Shown here: positions 18,246-27,800 of the stretch, piece by piece | Numbering within the stretch: position 1 is the stretch's first letter | Layout of the letters: the number at the start of each line of letters is the position of its first letter | Assembly (NCBI GenBank): GCA_947629985.1 | Contig: CANRFV010000001.1 | Coordinates: 252,407-316,406 of the forward strand | Origin: an uncultured Clostridia bacterium | GTDB taxonomy: Bacteria; Bacillota; Clostridia; Christensenellales; CAG-314 | DNA: 64,000 bases | Direction of reading: 5' to 3' | Translations under genes and position numbers: made by a program | The notes under the pieces: generated by a model | The model's input: the letters and a program-made list of their open reading frames with translations, nothing else | The model's database searches: none | What the model was told of the DNA's origin: nothing

Positions 18246-18375
18246 ATGTAGCGCTCCGTTTTACTTCGCTTACCGAGTTTTCTCGGACGAGTCCCGACGG
18301 GTAGACCATTGTCGTACTACGCCTTGTAGTCGCATCCGATCGGCGCGCCTTTTGCGGCGTGCCTTTTCGTTTGTT
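18246..18375 (+). repeat. Module + duplicated 3' end of tRNA-Arg plus trailer and terminator
   Basis: 18246-18288 is ATGTAGCGCTCCGTTTTACTTCGCTTACCGAGTTTTCTCGGAC. 18288-18375 repeats 18110-18197 (T-loop C56 to CCA plus the 67-nt trailer) with 2 substitutions. Confidence 0.85.
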
Positions 18376-18397
18376 TGTTTTGGTAGGGGTGCCACAA

Positions 18398-18439
18398 CAA
18401 AAAAAGCGGCTTTACTGCACCATTTACAGCAAAGCCGCT
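18398..18439 (-). terminator. Rho-independent terminator after the antiporter operon
   Basis: 13-bp stem AGCGGCTTTGCTG/CAGTAAAGCCGCT followed by T7 on the minus strand. Confidence 0.7.
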
Positions 18440-18456
18440 ACACTATTTACGCTATT

Positions 18457-18630
18457 TTACCAATCTTCCGAAATGTCTGTTTTGATATCGGTATAAAATT
18501 CTTTGTATTGTTCCTTGAAACGCGCCGCGCTGTCGCCGTCTTCCGAACGTTGCGCTTCGTCCAAATCCATACCGTCGTCGTCCATAAGTTCCGACCGACG
18601 CATCAAATCGTATGCCGTGGACTTTTTCAT
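18457..18630 (-). CDS. Small acidic hypothetical protein (57 aa), translationally coupled to the antiporter
   Basis: Hand translation gives MKKSTAYDLMRRSELMDDDGMDLDEAQRSEDGDSAARFKEQYKEFYTDIKTDISEDW. ATGA overlap with the antiporter stop, and a terminator follows directly. Confidence 0.45.
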   Translation of the reverse strand: MKKSTAYDLMRRSELMDDDGMDLDEAQRSEDGDSAARFKEQYKEFYTDIKTDISEDW

Positions 18631-20129
18631 TGCTGTGTGCCTTCGGAATCGTCCGTTACGCCGTTTTGCTCGCCGTTCACATTTGCGGCAACTTCGGTAT
18701 CGGCGGTACTTGTTGCGTTTGCGCCGTCTACGGGTGCATTGACGTCCGTACCGACGCCTTCAACTACCGGTACGGCCTTGCCGAAACGCTTGCGATGCAA
18801 CATCTCGGGGGCAATTTCGCCCGCCTTGCCCAGAGCCCACTTGGTAAGCACGGGACCGATCAATTCGTAAATAAGCACGGCGCACATTGTAATTGTAACT
18901 ATATTGGCGCCTACGTGCATCAAAGTGTCGTATAGGCCGGTTCCCGCTACGGCATTAGCCGCATTGGTAAATTCGGTTTTGCACATAGTTGCCATACCTA
19001 TTGCAACGCCCGCCTGCGGAAACAGCGTAATACCGAGATAATTGCGCACCTTTTTGTCGCTCTTGGTAATTGCCGCGCCCGCCATTGTGCCGAAATACTT
19101 GCCCGCGCAACGCAAAACAATGTAAGCGACTATGCACACCATCAACAGCGGCGTTTCGAAGAACATTCTTACGTCGAGTTCCGCGCCGGACAAAATGAAG
19201 AACAGCATAAGCACTACGGGAGTCCAACGGTCGGTACCTTCCATCATCTGCCCCGCTTCCTTACGCATATTTACAAAGGTTGCGCCCGACATCATGCATA
19301 CAAGCAAGTCCGAAAGCGAAAACGATTTGAAATCCGAACCTTCGGGCAACATGCCGAACAGTTCTTTTACAAGTTCACATATTCCCAACGAAAGAAATAC
19401 GCACACTATTGTGGATATTGTACGGTTGTCGCGCGATTTGAAAAAGCGCGGAACAACAGCCAACAAAGCGCCTATACCCACGCCCACAACCAGCGAGCAG
19501 ATAATTTCCAAAATGGGTATTACCGCAATGGACAAAACTGTAATTTTGTTGCCGCTTGCAAGCGACAAGGCAATGGAATTGGAAATTGCAAATACTATCA
19601 AACCTACGGCGTCGTCCAATGCGACAACGGGCAGTAACGTACCCGTAACAACGCCTTTTGCCCTGTACTGCCGCACTACCATCAACGTTGCCGCGGGTGC
19701 TGTTGCGGTTGCAATTGCGCCGAGAATGAGCGCTTCGTACAAAGTCATAACTTGGGGCAAAGCAAAACTTATTGCAATAAGCCCCACGTCTACGCACAGC
19801 GTTGCCGCCAAAGCCTGAAAGAATGTAATGGTAATGGCGCTCTTGCCTATTTCCCTGATGTGGGACAATTTGAATTCCACCCCGATTGAAAAACCGATAA
19901 AGCCCAATGCGACCGTGCTTACTATACTAAGTCCGCCTGCGCCGTTTGCACCGGTAAGAACTTCGTCGCTTATCAACCCCAAGGCGTGCGGCCCGATAAT
20001 AAGACCTACGATCAAATAACCCGTAACGTTGGGCAACCCGATAAGTTTCATCAGTCGGGTACTGAGCAAACCGAAGATCAACGCGATTGCTATTGCAAGC
20101 AGTGATCCGATATATCCGCTGGGAATCAT
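18627..20129 (-). CDS. Cation:proton antiporter (CPA2 / Na+/H+ exchanger family)
   Basis: 500 aa, about 12-13 TM segments typical of Kef/NapA-type exchangers. About 70-aa hydrophilic low-complexity C-terminal tail. Confidence 0.85.
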   Translation of the reverse strand: MIPSGYIGSLLAIAIALIFGLLSTRLMKLIGLPNVTGYLIVGLIIGPHALGLISDEVLTGANGAGGLSIVSTVALGFIGFSIGVEFKLSHIREIGKSAITITFFQALAATLCVDVGLIAISFALPQVMTLYEALILGAIATATAPAATLMVVRQYRAKGVVTGTLLPVVALDDAVGLIVFAISNSIALSLASGNKITVLSIAVIPILEIICSLVVGVGIGALLAVVPRFFKSRDNRTISTIVCVFLSLGICELVKELFGMLPEGSDFKSFSLSDLLVCMMSGATFVNMRKEAGQMMEGTDRWTPVVLMLFFILSGAELDVRMFFETPLLMVCIVAYIVLRCAGKYFGTMAGAAITKSDKKVRNYLGITLFPQAGVAIGMATMCKTEFTNAANAVAGTGLYDTLMHVGANIVTITMCAVLIYELIGPVLTKWALGKAGEIAPEMLHRKRFGKAVPVVEGVGTDVNAPVDGANATSTADTEVAANVNGEQNGVTDDSEGTQQ

Positions 20130-20176
20130 AAATCCAAAACCTTCTTTTTGTGTAAATTTACGTAATGCGCGTTACG

Positions 20177-20217
20177 CAACAAAACTGTGAGACAGCAACA
20201 AATTGTGCCGTCTCACA
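20177..20217 (-). terminator. Terminator-like hairpin inside the antiporter leader
   Basis: Minus strand reads TGTGAGACGGCA-CAATTTGT-TGCTGTCTCACA (12 bp, one G-U pair) followed by GTTTTGTTG. It lies between the predicted promoter and the start codon. Confidence 0.45.
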
Positions 20218-20227
20218 CTACCTGTAC

Positions 20228-20256
20228 ATTTTAGTCCCGATGGCATTTTTTGTCAA
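20228..20256 (-). promoter_or_regulatory. Putative antiporter promoter
   Basis: Minus strand reads TTGACA-17 nt-TAAAAT. Confidence 0.5.
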
Positions 20257-20444
20257 ATGATTTTAGTATAAAATACGCTGCAAGCGCAAATTACGTCCGT
20301 ATTTTGCGGTAACAAAAAGCGTAAGTTTCTATGCCGCGACAGTACCGCGAACCCTACGCGGAAACGGAAAAACGCCGTACGTATGCCGAAATTTACATAC
20401 TGCAAAGCACAAAACCGCGCGTACAAAATACAAACATAATCCCA

Positions 20445-20480
20445 ATAAAAAAAGCGACAAGACGCAAAAGTAATTTGTCG
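20445..20480 (-). terminator. Possible terminator after coaE
   Basis: Minus strand reads CGACAA-14-nt loop-TTGTCG followed by CTTTTTTTATT. Confidence 0.4.
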
Positions 20481-20505
20481 TGCCGCCGCCGAGAAATATT
20501 AAAAA

Positions 20506-21078
20506 TTATTTGTTCAATTGCGCTTCGGCAAGCGCGCGCAACACTTGTTGTTTCAAATCTGCCGTCGAACCGCCGTTGTCGATCAGGCGAGTGTAACGGC
20601 ACGGCGCGGATTGACTGTTCAAAATTTGCCGTACGTTTTGTTCGCTTACGCCGTCGCGTTGGACTACGCGGGAAACGATACTGTCCGACGGGGCGACAAC
20701 TTGCCAAATTTCAGCCCAATCGAATTCAAACGCATTTAATACGGCTATTTCCACAAAAACAACATCGCAGGGCAATTGTTTGACGCGCTGTTGAAGCAGA
20801 CGTTTTACGCGGCCGTAAAATATGCTGCCGTACTTGTCGAGTAACTTGCCGTCGGCAAAAACTTTGTCGCGAATGTATTTGCGATCGAGCGCGCCGTTTA
20901 CAACGCTTTGCTCGCCCAACAACGCGCTGACGCTGCGTATTACATCGGGGTCGGTTGCAACTTGCCGCGCTATTTCGTCGCAATTTACCGTGGCGTAACC
21001 CATTTGCGACAGTATGGACATCACGGCGCTTTTGCCGCTGCCGATAAGCCCCGTTACTGCAATTATTTTACGCTTCAT
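20506..21078 (-). CDS. coaE: Dephospho-CoA kinase
   Basis: 190 aa from the internal ATG (MKRKIIAVTGLIGSGKSAV), with a P-loop. 11-nt overlap with the polA stop, matching the conserved polA-coaE linkage. Confidence 0.85.
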   Translation of the reverse strand: MKRKIIAVTGLIGSGKSAVMSILSQMGYATVNCDEIARQVATDPDVIRSVSALLGEQSVVNGALDRKYIRDKVFADGKLLDKYGSIFYGRVKRLLQQRVKQLPCDVVFVEIAVLNAFEFDWAEIWQVVAPSDSIVSRVVQRDGVSEQNVRQILNSQSAPCRYTRLIDNGGSTADLKQQVLRALAEAQLNK

Positions 21079-23608
21079 ACAGAGTTGCTCCTTCTTCGGT
21101 TTCGACCGTGAGCGGGCATGCAAGCGAAACGGCGTTTTCCATTTGCTCGGTGAGTATCGCCTTTACTGCGTCGGCTTCGTCGGGGTAGCAGTCCACTATC
21201 AATTCGTCGTGAATTTGCAATACGATCTTGCTTTTAAGCCCCGCCTTGCGCATGGCGGAATCCACTTTGAGCATGGCAATTTTCATAATATCCGCGGCGC
21301 TGCCCTGCAACGGCATATTCATTGCCGCACGCTCGCCGAACGAACGCAAATTGTAATTGGACGACTTGATTTCGGGAATTTGTCTGCGCCTGCCCGTAAT
21401 TGTGGTAACGTAACCGTCCTTGCGCGCCTGCTCGACGCAACCGTCAAGATACGCCTTGATTGTGGGAAAACGCGTGAAGTACAGTTGTATATATTCGTGA
21501 GCCTTGCCAAGGCTTAAATTGACGTTTTGCGACAGACCGAAGTCGCTTATTCCGTAAATTATTCCGAAATTTACCGCTTTTGCCATACGACGCATATCGC
21601 TGTTGACCATTTGCGGCGGAATACCCAACAGTTCCGAAGCGACGCGCGCGTGAATATCTTCGCCCGCCTTGAAAGTGTTGAGCATATTGTCGTCCAATGA
21701 AAAGGACGCCAGTAAACGCAATTCTATCTGCGAATAATCCGCGCCGACAAATACTCCGTACTTGGAGCAAAACAATTTGCGGATCTCCTTGCCCTTGTCG
21801 TTGCGAATGGGTATATTTTGCAAATTGGGGTCGCTGCTGCTAAGCCTGCCCGTGGAAGTGAGCGTTTGGTTGAACGTGGTATGCACCACGCTACCGACCA
21901 CTAGCGGTTTTAATCCGTCGAGATAGGTGCTTGCCAACTTGGCATATTGACGATACTCCAAAATTTTGGGCACAACGGGGTGCTTGTCGGATATTTTTTC
22001 CAAAACTTCGTTATCGGTAGAATAGCCTTTTTGCGTTTTTCTTCCGTGCGGCAAACCTAACTTTTCAAACAAAATGCGCGACAGTTGCATTGGACTGTTT
22101 ACGTTGAAAGTTTCGTCCACCAAGTCGTAAATTTCGCGCACCAACGCGTCGGTTTTGTTGTGCATTTCCGCGGACATCTGGTTCAAAAGCGGCACATCCA
22201 CCTTGACGCCTTCCGTTTCCATACGGTAAAGCAGATCGGACAGCGGCAGTTCGATGTCGTAATACAAACTTTCCACGCCGTGTTCGGCAAGTTGATTGTT
22301 TAATTTGTCCGCCAAGGCGTAAATGCCTACGCCGGGCTTTGTATAGCCGTAAGCGGCAAGCAAACTGTCCAGATCCTTGTACGCGCGGTATTCCACAAGA
22401 TATTGCATAAGGCAAACGTCGTACTTTACGCCGTTGAGCGACAAGCCCACGTTGCTTAACATATGCCGCAACAGTTTGCCATCATACACCGCTTTGGGAA
22501 CGTCTGCGCTAAGCAACGGCGACAAAATCGACCACACGGCAGTTTCGTTAAGTTCGTCCAAAAAATTGTTGCTGAGTTGAGCAACGTATTCTACGTTGTT
22601 TTCACACGACAAATGCACCGTTTTGCCGTCGGTATAAAAGGCAAAATACGGCGCTTGTTGCATTTTTTCGACAATTTGACGCAATTGAGACGCGTCGGAA
22701 ACGGCGTTGACCGTAACTTCGACTTCCGAATCGACAGTTGTGGTTTCGTCCGTTTTGTCCCAATCCAAGCGCGCCAAAACCGTCCGAAAATGCAAATCCC
22801 GGAGTATTTCGCGGGCGCTTTCGGTAGCGCATGGCAAGCGACATTCGTCGAAATTCAACTTGATATCCGTGTCGGTTACGATAGTTGCCAATTGTCGGCT
22901 GACGTAAGCCATATCCTTGTCCGCGACCAATTTGTCGTGCAGAGCGCCCGTTTCGTTGTCTACATTGGCATACAAATTGTCTATATCGCCGTACTTGGAA
23001 AGCAACGCCATTGCGGTTTTTTCGCCAACGCCGCGCACTCCCGGGATATTATCCGAAGTGTCGCCGCGCAAAGCCTTGTATTCTATTACCTGCAACGGCG
23101 TAAGTCCGTAATTGGACTGCAACGTTTCGGGGGTGATCACTTCCACATCGGTTACGCCCCTTTTTGTAAGCAGTACGGTAACCGCGTCGGACACGAGTTG
23201 CATCATATCCCTGTCGCCCGAAACAATGTAACTGTAACCGTCGTACGCCTTGCAAACGGTGCCTATTATGTCGTCGGCTTCCACGCCGGGGCTTTCGACG
23301 ATGGTTACGCCCATCGCTTGCAAAAGTTGATGTAAAATGGGCATTTGCGCGGCAAGATCGTCGGGCATACCGTGCCGATTGGCTTTGTATAAGGGGTAAA
23401 TGTCCTTGCGGAAGTTGTGCCCGCGCAAATCGAACGCCACAGCCAACTTGTCGGGAGCGTAATCTTGCAACACCTTGAACAAAATGTTTACAAAACCGTA
23501 CACCGCGTTTACGTTGCGCCCTTGCTCGTCGTTTAGCGGTTTGATAGCAAAATACGCGCGGTTGATTATGCTGTTGCCGTCGATAATCATCAATTTTTGT
23601 TTACTCAT
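21068..23608 (-). CDS. polA: DNA polymerase I
   Basis: 846 aa with an N-terminal 5'-3' exonuclease domain and C-terminal family A polymerase motifs (DYSQIELR, QIHDEL). Confidence 0.95.
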   Translation of the reverse strand: MSKQKLMIIDGNSIINRAYFAIKPLNDEQGRNVNAVYGFVNILFKVLQDYAPDKLAVAFDLRGHNFRKDIYPLYKANRHGMPDDLAAQMPILHQLLQAMGVTIVESPGVEADDIIGTVCKAYDGYSYIVSGDRDMMQLVSDAVTVLLTKRGVTDVEVITPETLQSNYGLTPLQVIEYKALRGDTSDNIPGVRGVGEKTAMALLSKYGDIDNLYANVDNETGALHDKLVADKDMAYVSRQLATIVTDTDIKLNFDECRLPCATESAREILRDLHFRTVLARLDWDKTDETTTVDSEVEVTVNAVSDASQLRQIVEKMQQAPYFAFYTDGKTVHLSCENNVEYVAQLSNNFLDELNETAVWSILSPLLSADVPKAVYDGKLLRHMLSNVGLSLNGVKYDVCLMQYLVEYRAYKDLDSLLAAYGYTKPGVGIYALADKLNNQLAEHGVESLYYDIELPLSDLLYRMETEGVKVDVPLLNQMSAEMHNKTDALVREIYDLVDETFNVNSPMQLSRILFEKLGLPHGRKTQKGYSTDNEVLEKISDKHPVVPKILEYRQYAKLASTYLDGLKPLVVGSVVHTTFNQTLTSTGRLSSSDPNLQNIPIRNDKGKEIRKLFCSKYGVFVGADYSQIELRLLASFSLDDNMLNTFKAGEDIHARVASELLGIPPQMVNSDMRRMAKAVNFGIIYGISDFGLSQNVNLSLGKAHEYIQLYFTRFPTIKAYLDGCVEQARKDGYVTTITGRRRQIPEIKSSNYNLRSFGERAAMNMPLQGSAADIMKIAMLKVDSAMRKAGLKSKIVLQIHDELIVDCYPDEADAVKAILTEQMENAVSLACPLTVETEEGATLYEA

Positions 23609-23820
23609 AGGTTCACCTTGAAGCGTTGTTATGCTTATTGTACACTAAATTGCAAGATTTTACAATTGTATATTATTATTTAGTCTCGGCGGGCGGCAAA
23701 CCTTCAATGCGCCTTGCGGCAAAACGAGCGTTAGAGTTGCCCCCGACGCAATTGCGTTTGAAGCAGGCGCACAAATCAAAACGGACGACCGCTCGTTAAC
23801 ATTAAAATCAAAGCGATATA

Positions 23821-24564
23821 TTAAATAATATCCATTTTGTCAAGCGCGGCAAAAACTTCGCCTATGTTGTCGTTAAAGGACAATTCGGCGCGGCTGTCGG
23901 CAAACGTGGCCGATTTGTTGATTATTACGATGTGCTTGCCTGCAAAAAAGTTTATAAAACTCGCCGCGGGATACACCACCAACGACGTGCCGCCGATAAT
24001 AAGCGTATCGGCTTGGGAAATGGCGTTTATTGCGCCGTCTATCACGTCGCCGTCCAAACTTTCTTCGTATAGCACCACGTCGGGTTTGATCGTGCCGCCG
24101 CAATCGCAATGCGGTACGCCGTTACAGGACAGAATGCGATCCAATCCGTAAAATTTGCCGCAACGCATACAGTAGTTGCGATGAACGTTGCCGTGCAACT
24201 CGTACACCGCTTTGCTGCCCGCAGCCTGATGCAAGCCGTCGATATTTTGCGTAACTACGGCGCGTAATTTGCCTTTTTGCTCCAACTTGGCAACGTATTT
24301 GTGCGCGGCGTTTGGCTTTGCTTCGGGAAACAACATACGCTTGCGGTAAAACTCGTAAAACTCGCGCGTGTGAGTGATGAAGTACCCTTGCGAAACGATC
24401 TCTTCGGGAGACAACCCCGCGCGGGACGAAAACACGCCGCCCTCCGAGCGAAAATCGGGAATGCCGCTTTCGGTGGACACGCCCGCCCCGCCGAAAAACA
24501 CTATATTGTTACTTTCCGCGATAATTTTGGCAAATTTACTTAGTTTGTCGGTATCCATAAGCAC
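23821..24564 (-). CDS. cobB: NAD-dependent protein deacylase (Sir2 family)
   Basis: 247 aa. Motifs GAGVSTESGIPDFR, QNIDGLH, and a zinc ribbon CMRCG...CDCGG. Confidence 0.9.
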   Translation of the reverse strand: MLMDTDKLSKFAKIIAESNNIVFFGGAGVSTESGIPDFRSEGGVFSSRAGLSPEEIVSQGYFITHTREFYEFYRKRMLFPEAKPNAAHKYVAKLEQKGKLRAVVTQNIDGLHQAAGSKAVYELHGNVHRNYCMRCGKFYGLDRILSCNGVPHCDCGGTIKPDVVLYEESLDGDVIDGAINAISQADTLIIGGTSLVVYPAASFINFFAGKHIVIINKSATFADSRAELSFNDNIGEVFAALDKMDII

Positions 24565-24884
24565 ATTTTCTCCGAATTTTTATGCAAATATTATAATGCA
24601 AACCGCCGAATACGTCAATATCGTCCCGGGTAAACCGCGGCAAAATTGCGGCATATGCGCACGGCGCGAAACTTTTACGCGCTGTACCCGACCGTGCGGC
24701 AGAAAAATTGCGCCTGCGCCCGACAAAGGGGCACAAGCGCAATGCTATACAGGTAAAATCATACACGCGCGTTGACTTGGCAAGTAATTTAAGCACAAAT
24801 TATTCGGCAGTGCGCAATAATTTGCAAAACTGCGTTGCGCGCAAGCATTTATATCGGGAATGTGCCGCAAACGGCTATTGCAAA

Positions 24885-27800
24885 CTAAAACGCTTCGTAC
24901 TTGACAACTCCGCCGTACTTTGTTCCGTTTGCAGTATCGCGCTGTTGAGCGGAATAACTGTTGGCGCTGTTGCGATCGTACATATAAAAGTTGAAGTCGT
25001 ACACGCCGGCAGCCAAGGGCAATTTGTCGCCCTGGTGTTGAATATTTACGTCCGAAACCTGTTTGAGAATGTCGATGTTGACATTAAGGTGCATATAATC
25101 GCCCAAAGATGAGTTGAGAGCGTCGATGTCCAACTGCGAATAGTTTCTGCCGCCGCCGTAAAACGCTATTCCGCCGTGAACAAACTGTTTGCCGTCCCGG
25201 TTGATCAGCAAAGCGTCGTACGGTGATTGCGATGCGACATGCTGCAACATCTTGTTGACTTCGAGTTTGAGCCAACCGAGCGCGTTGTCCGACGGAGATT
25301 CAATGAGCGTACTGCTGTCTACAAGCGCAATATCTTTCCAATCGTACAAGCGAACGTCGCCTTGCAAACGCACCACCGACGCAAATGACGTACCGCCCGA
25401 TTGTTGCCATGCGGACGTCATTTTGGCTACGTTTTCGTTTACGCTGCCTTGATATTTTTGTTCGGAGCCGGTGGTCAGCAAATCGCCCGCGAAATTGCTT
25501 TCCACGCCGATAGTAAACAGTCCGCTGGTCTCCAAAACGGAATCTTTTATTGTCAAATCCGTCATAACATAATGGCTGTAAAAGTAACTGTCGTCGTACA
25601 GTTTGCCGTAATTGTTGCTGACGCTTGAGCCTTGCGTAGGATAGGGATTGCCGTTGGCGTCGGTAAGTTGCGGAGCCGCCTGCGAAACACCGTGCGCGCG
25701 CAAAGCGCGATTTGCACCCACTTTTACCAAAAACTCTCTGCCCTGAGAAATAATACAACCCTGTATTACGACGGTTATGCGCTCGTTGTCGCACCCCTTG
25801 TTGTCGGCTATGTCGTTGATAAAGTAATTGTTTCCGTTGCGATTGCCTCCGTAAACGCGCACCACATTGCGCCCGTTGCTTATGCGGCAGTTGATAACCT
25901 GTACGGAAGCGTTGATCTCCAAGGTAGTTCCCACAAGATTGAGATACGACAAATTGTAACCGTCGGAATCGCTCATTTTGTCGTCGCCGCAACCGCGCAG
26001 ATTTACTCCGTACAGTTTGACGCCGTCGGTACGCATCAAAAACGCGCAGTTGTCCTGACCGGCAACACTGGCTATTTCCTGATATTTTACAAAATACAGC
26101 GGGCCCTTGTAGGTATCTATCAACGGCTTGTCCTGACTGTCCCACGCCGCAGTAAAGTATTCGGCATTTACGGTATTGCCGTTGCCGTAAACGTCGTTCT
26201 TGAATTCCATTACGTACGAAACCTTGGCGTTGTCTATGCTCTGTTTGGGATCTTGCTTGTACCACTCGGTATTGTATGTGGATTGCATACGTCCCAACAT
26301 ACTCGCGCGCTCTTGCAACGACAAAACCGCACCATTTGCGTCGGTGCCCAACATTATGTCGTTTAGCAATACCACTTTGTCGCCGGCGGCAGTTGCCTGC
26401 ACAAGTTGGGGCGCGTTGGATACCGCTACGGCGTCGTGTACGACATAAAACGTTACGGACGCACGAGCGTTTCCGCCGAAAGTAGCGGCGCCCTTCCACT
26501 CGGCGGTAAGAGTAAGTTTGCCGCTGCCTTTTGCAACAAAATACCACTTGCCGTCTTCGACAACGATGTCGCCCAACGTTTCGTCGGATATGTAGCAGTT
26601 CAGATTGTCCGCGTCAAACTCGGTTACGGCCGCGCTGCCTACCGTTCGTATATTGAGCAAATACCTGTTTTGCACCTTGTTTTGTCCGTCGTAAACCTTG
26701 CCCGCAACTGTATAATACATCGCCAAATCGTGGGAAGCGCCGAATTCGTCGGGCATAATTATGTTGGTTATACGCGTAACTACCGATACGGTAATTTGTT
26801 TACGCTCGCACAACAGTTCGCCGTCGCGGCGCGCTTCCGCCCACAAAGTAAATTCCGAATTGCGTTTTGCCGTTACCGAACAGGTTTTGCCGTCGGCGCT
26901 TACACTGATCACGTCCCTGTCGGCGCCGTCTACGCCCCACAGGAATGTTACGCCGTCCGCAACTACAACGGGAACGGCGCTGAATTTGGTGGTTACGCCG
27001 TTAAGCACGGATATTTTGCCATCGGTTATGGGACGTTCCGAATTGAGCGCGAAGTCGAAATCGCCGAAACCGAACTCTACCTGCGCCACTGCGTTGCCCG
27101 CCGCAATTTGACCCACAAAACGTTCGCCGTCAAAAGAATCGTTGACGGTAACATCCATAATATATCGGTGGCTGTCTATTTTTTCACGGACGACCGCGGT
27201 TGCGTATTCGCTGGTAAATACGGGTTCGCTGCCGGGAATACGGCGTTCGACATACAAACTGACCGTTTTGGAGTTTTTGTCGAGCAGTACCGACGACGTA
27301 TTAGCCACGCCGTTTACCGTAAGGTCGCAATTGCTCGGCATACTTACGTTAAGCGACACGGTGCGCTCGATGTTTCCGATGGAATCGGGAACGCTTACTT
27401 TAAGTTTAACTTCGCCGCTGAACGGCAACAAAACGGTTTTGCCGCCGAAATCGACGTCGGCTTTGCCTTTGGTTACTTCCACCGAGTAATCCGTAAATGC
27501 GTCGGGCGTGATCGCCGCGCCGAAACCGTAAATGCCCGTGGATAAGTCGGCGGAATAATTGCCGTCCGCGTCCGCCGTAAGCACGTCGGCGCCGTCCTTG
27601 TTAAGGAAAAACCGCAAACCGTAGGGCTGAGTGGAATACACCGATACGTTCAGGCTGTCGGTAAAGCCCTTGTCGTTGCTGGTGGCAACTATCGTTGCGT
27701 TGCCTTCGCTCTTGACGAGCAATTTGCCGTTTGCGTCTACATCGGCAACTTGGGGGTTGTCGCTTGTTAAAGTGTAGCCTTTTTCGGAAGCGTTGTTGGG

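Noticed and set aside
17088-18375. CRISPR array as an explanation for the repeats at the tRNA loci (also 49398-49953).
   Set aside because: The repeat units are 80-333 bp and contain tRNA fragments. The spacers are not unique sequences of uniform length, there is no short 24-40-nt direct repeat with regular spacing, and there are no cas genes.
20130-20227. c-di-AMP (ydaO/kimA-type) riboswitch upstream of the cation antiporter.
   Set aside because: The leader is only about 95 nt and consists of one simple hairpin. The conserved pseudo-symmetric aptamer motifs were not seen.
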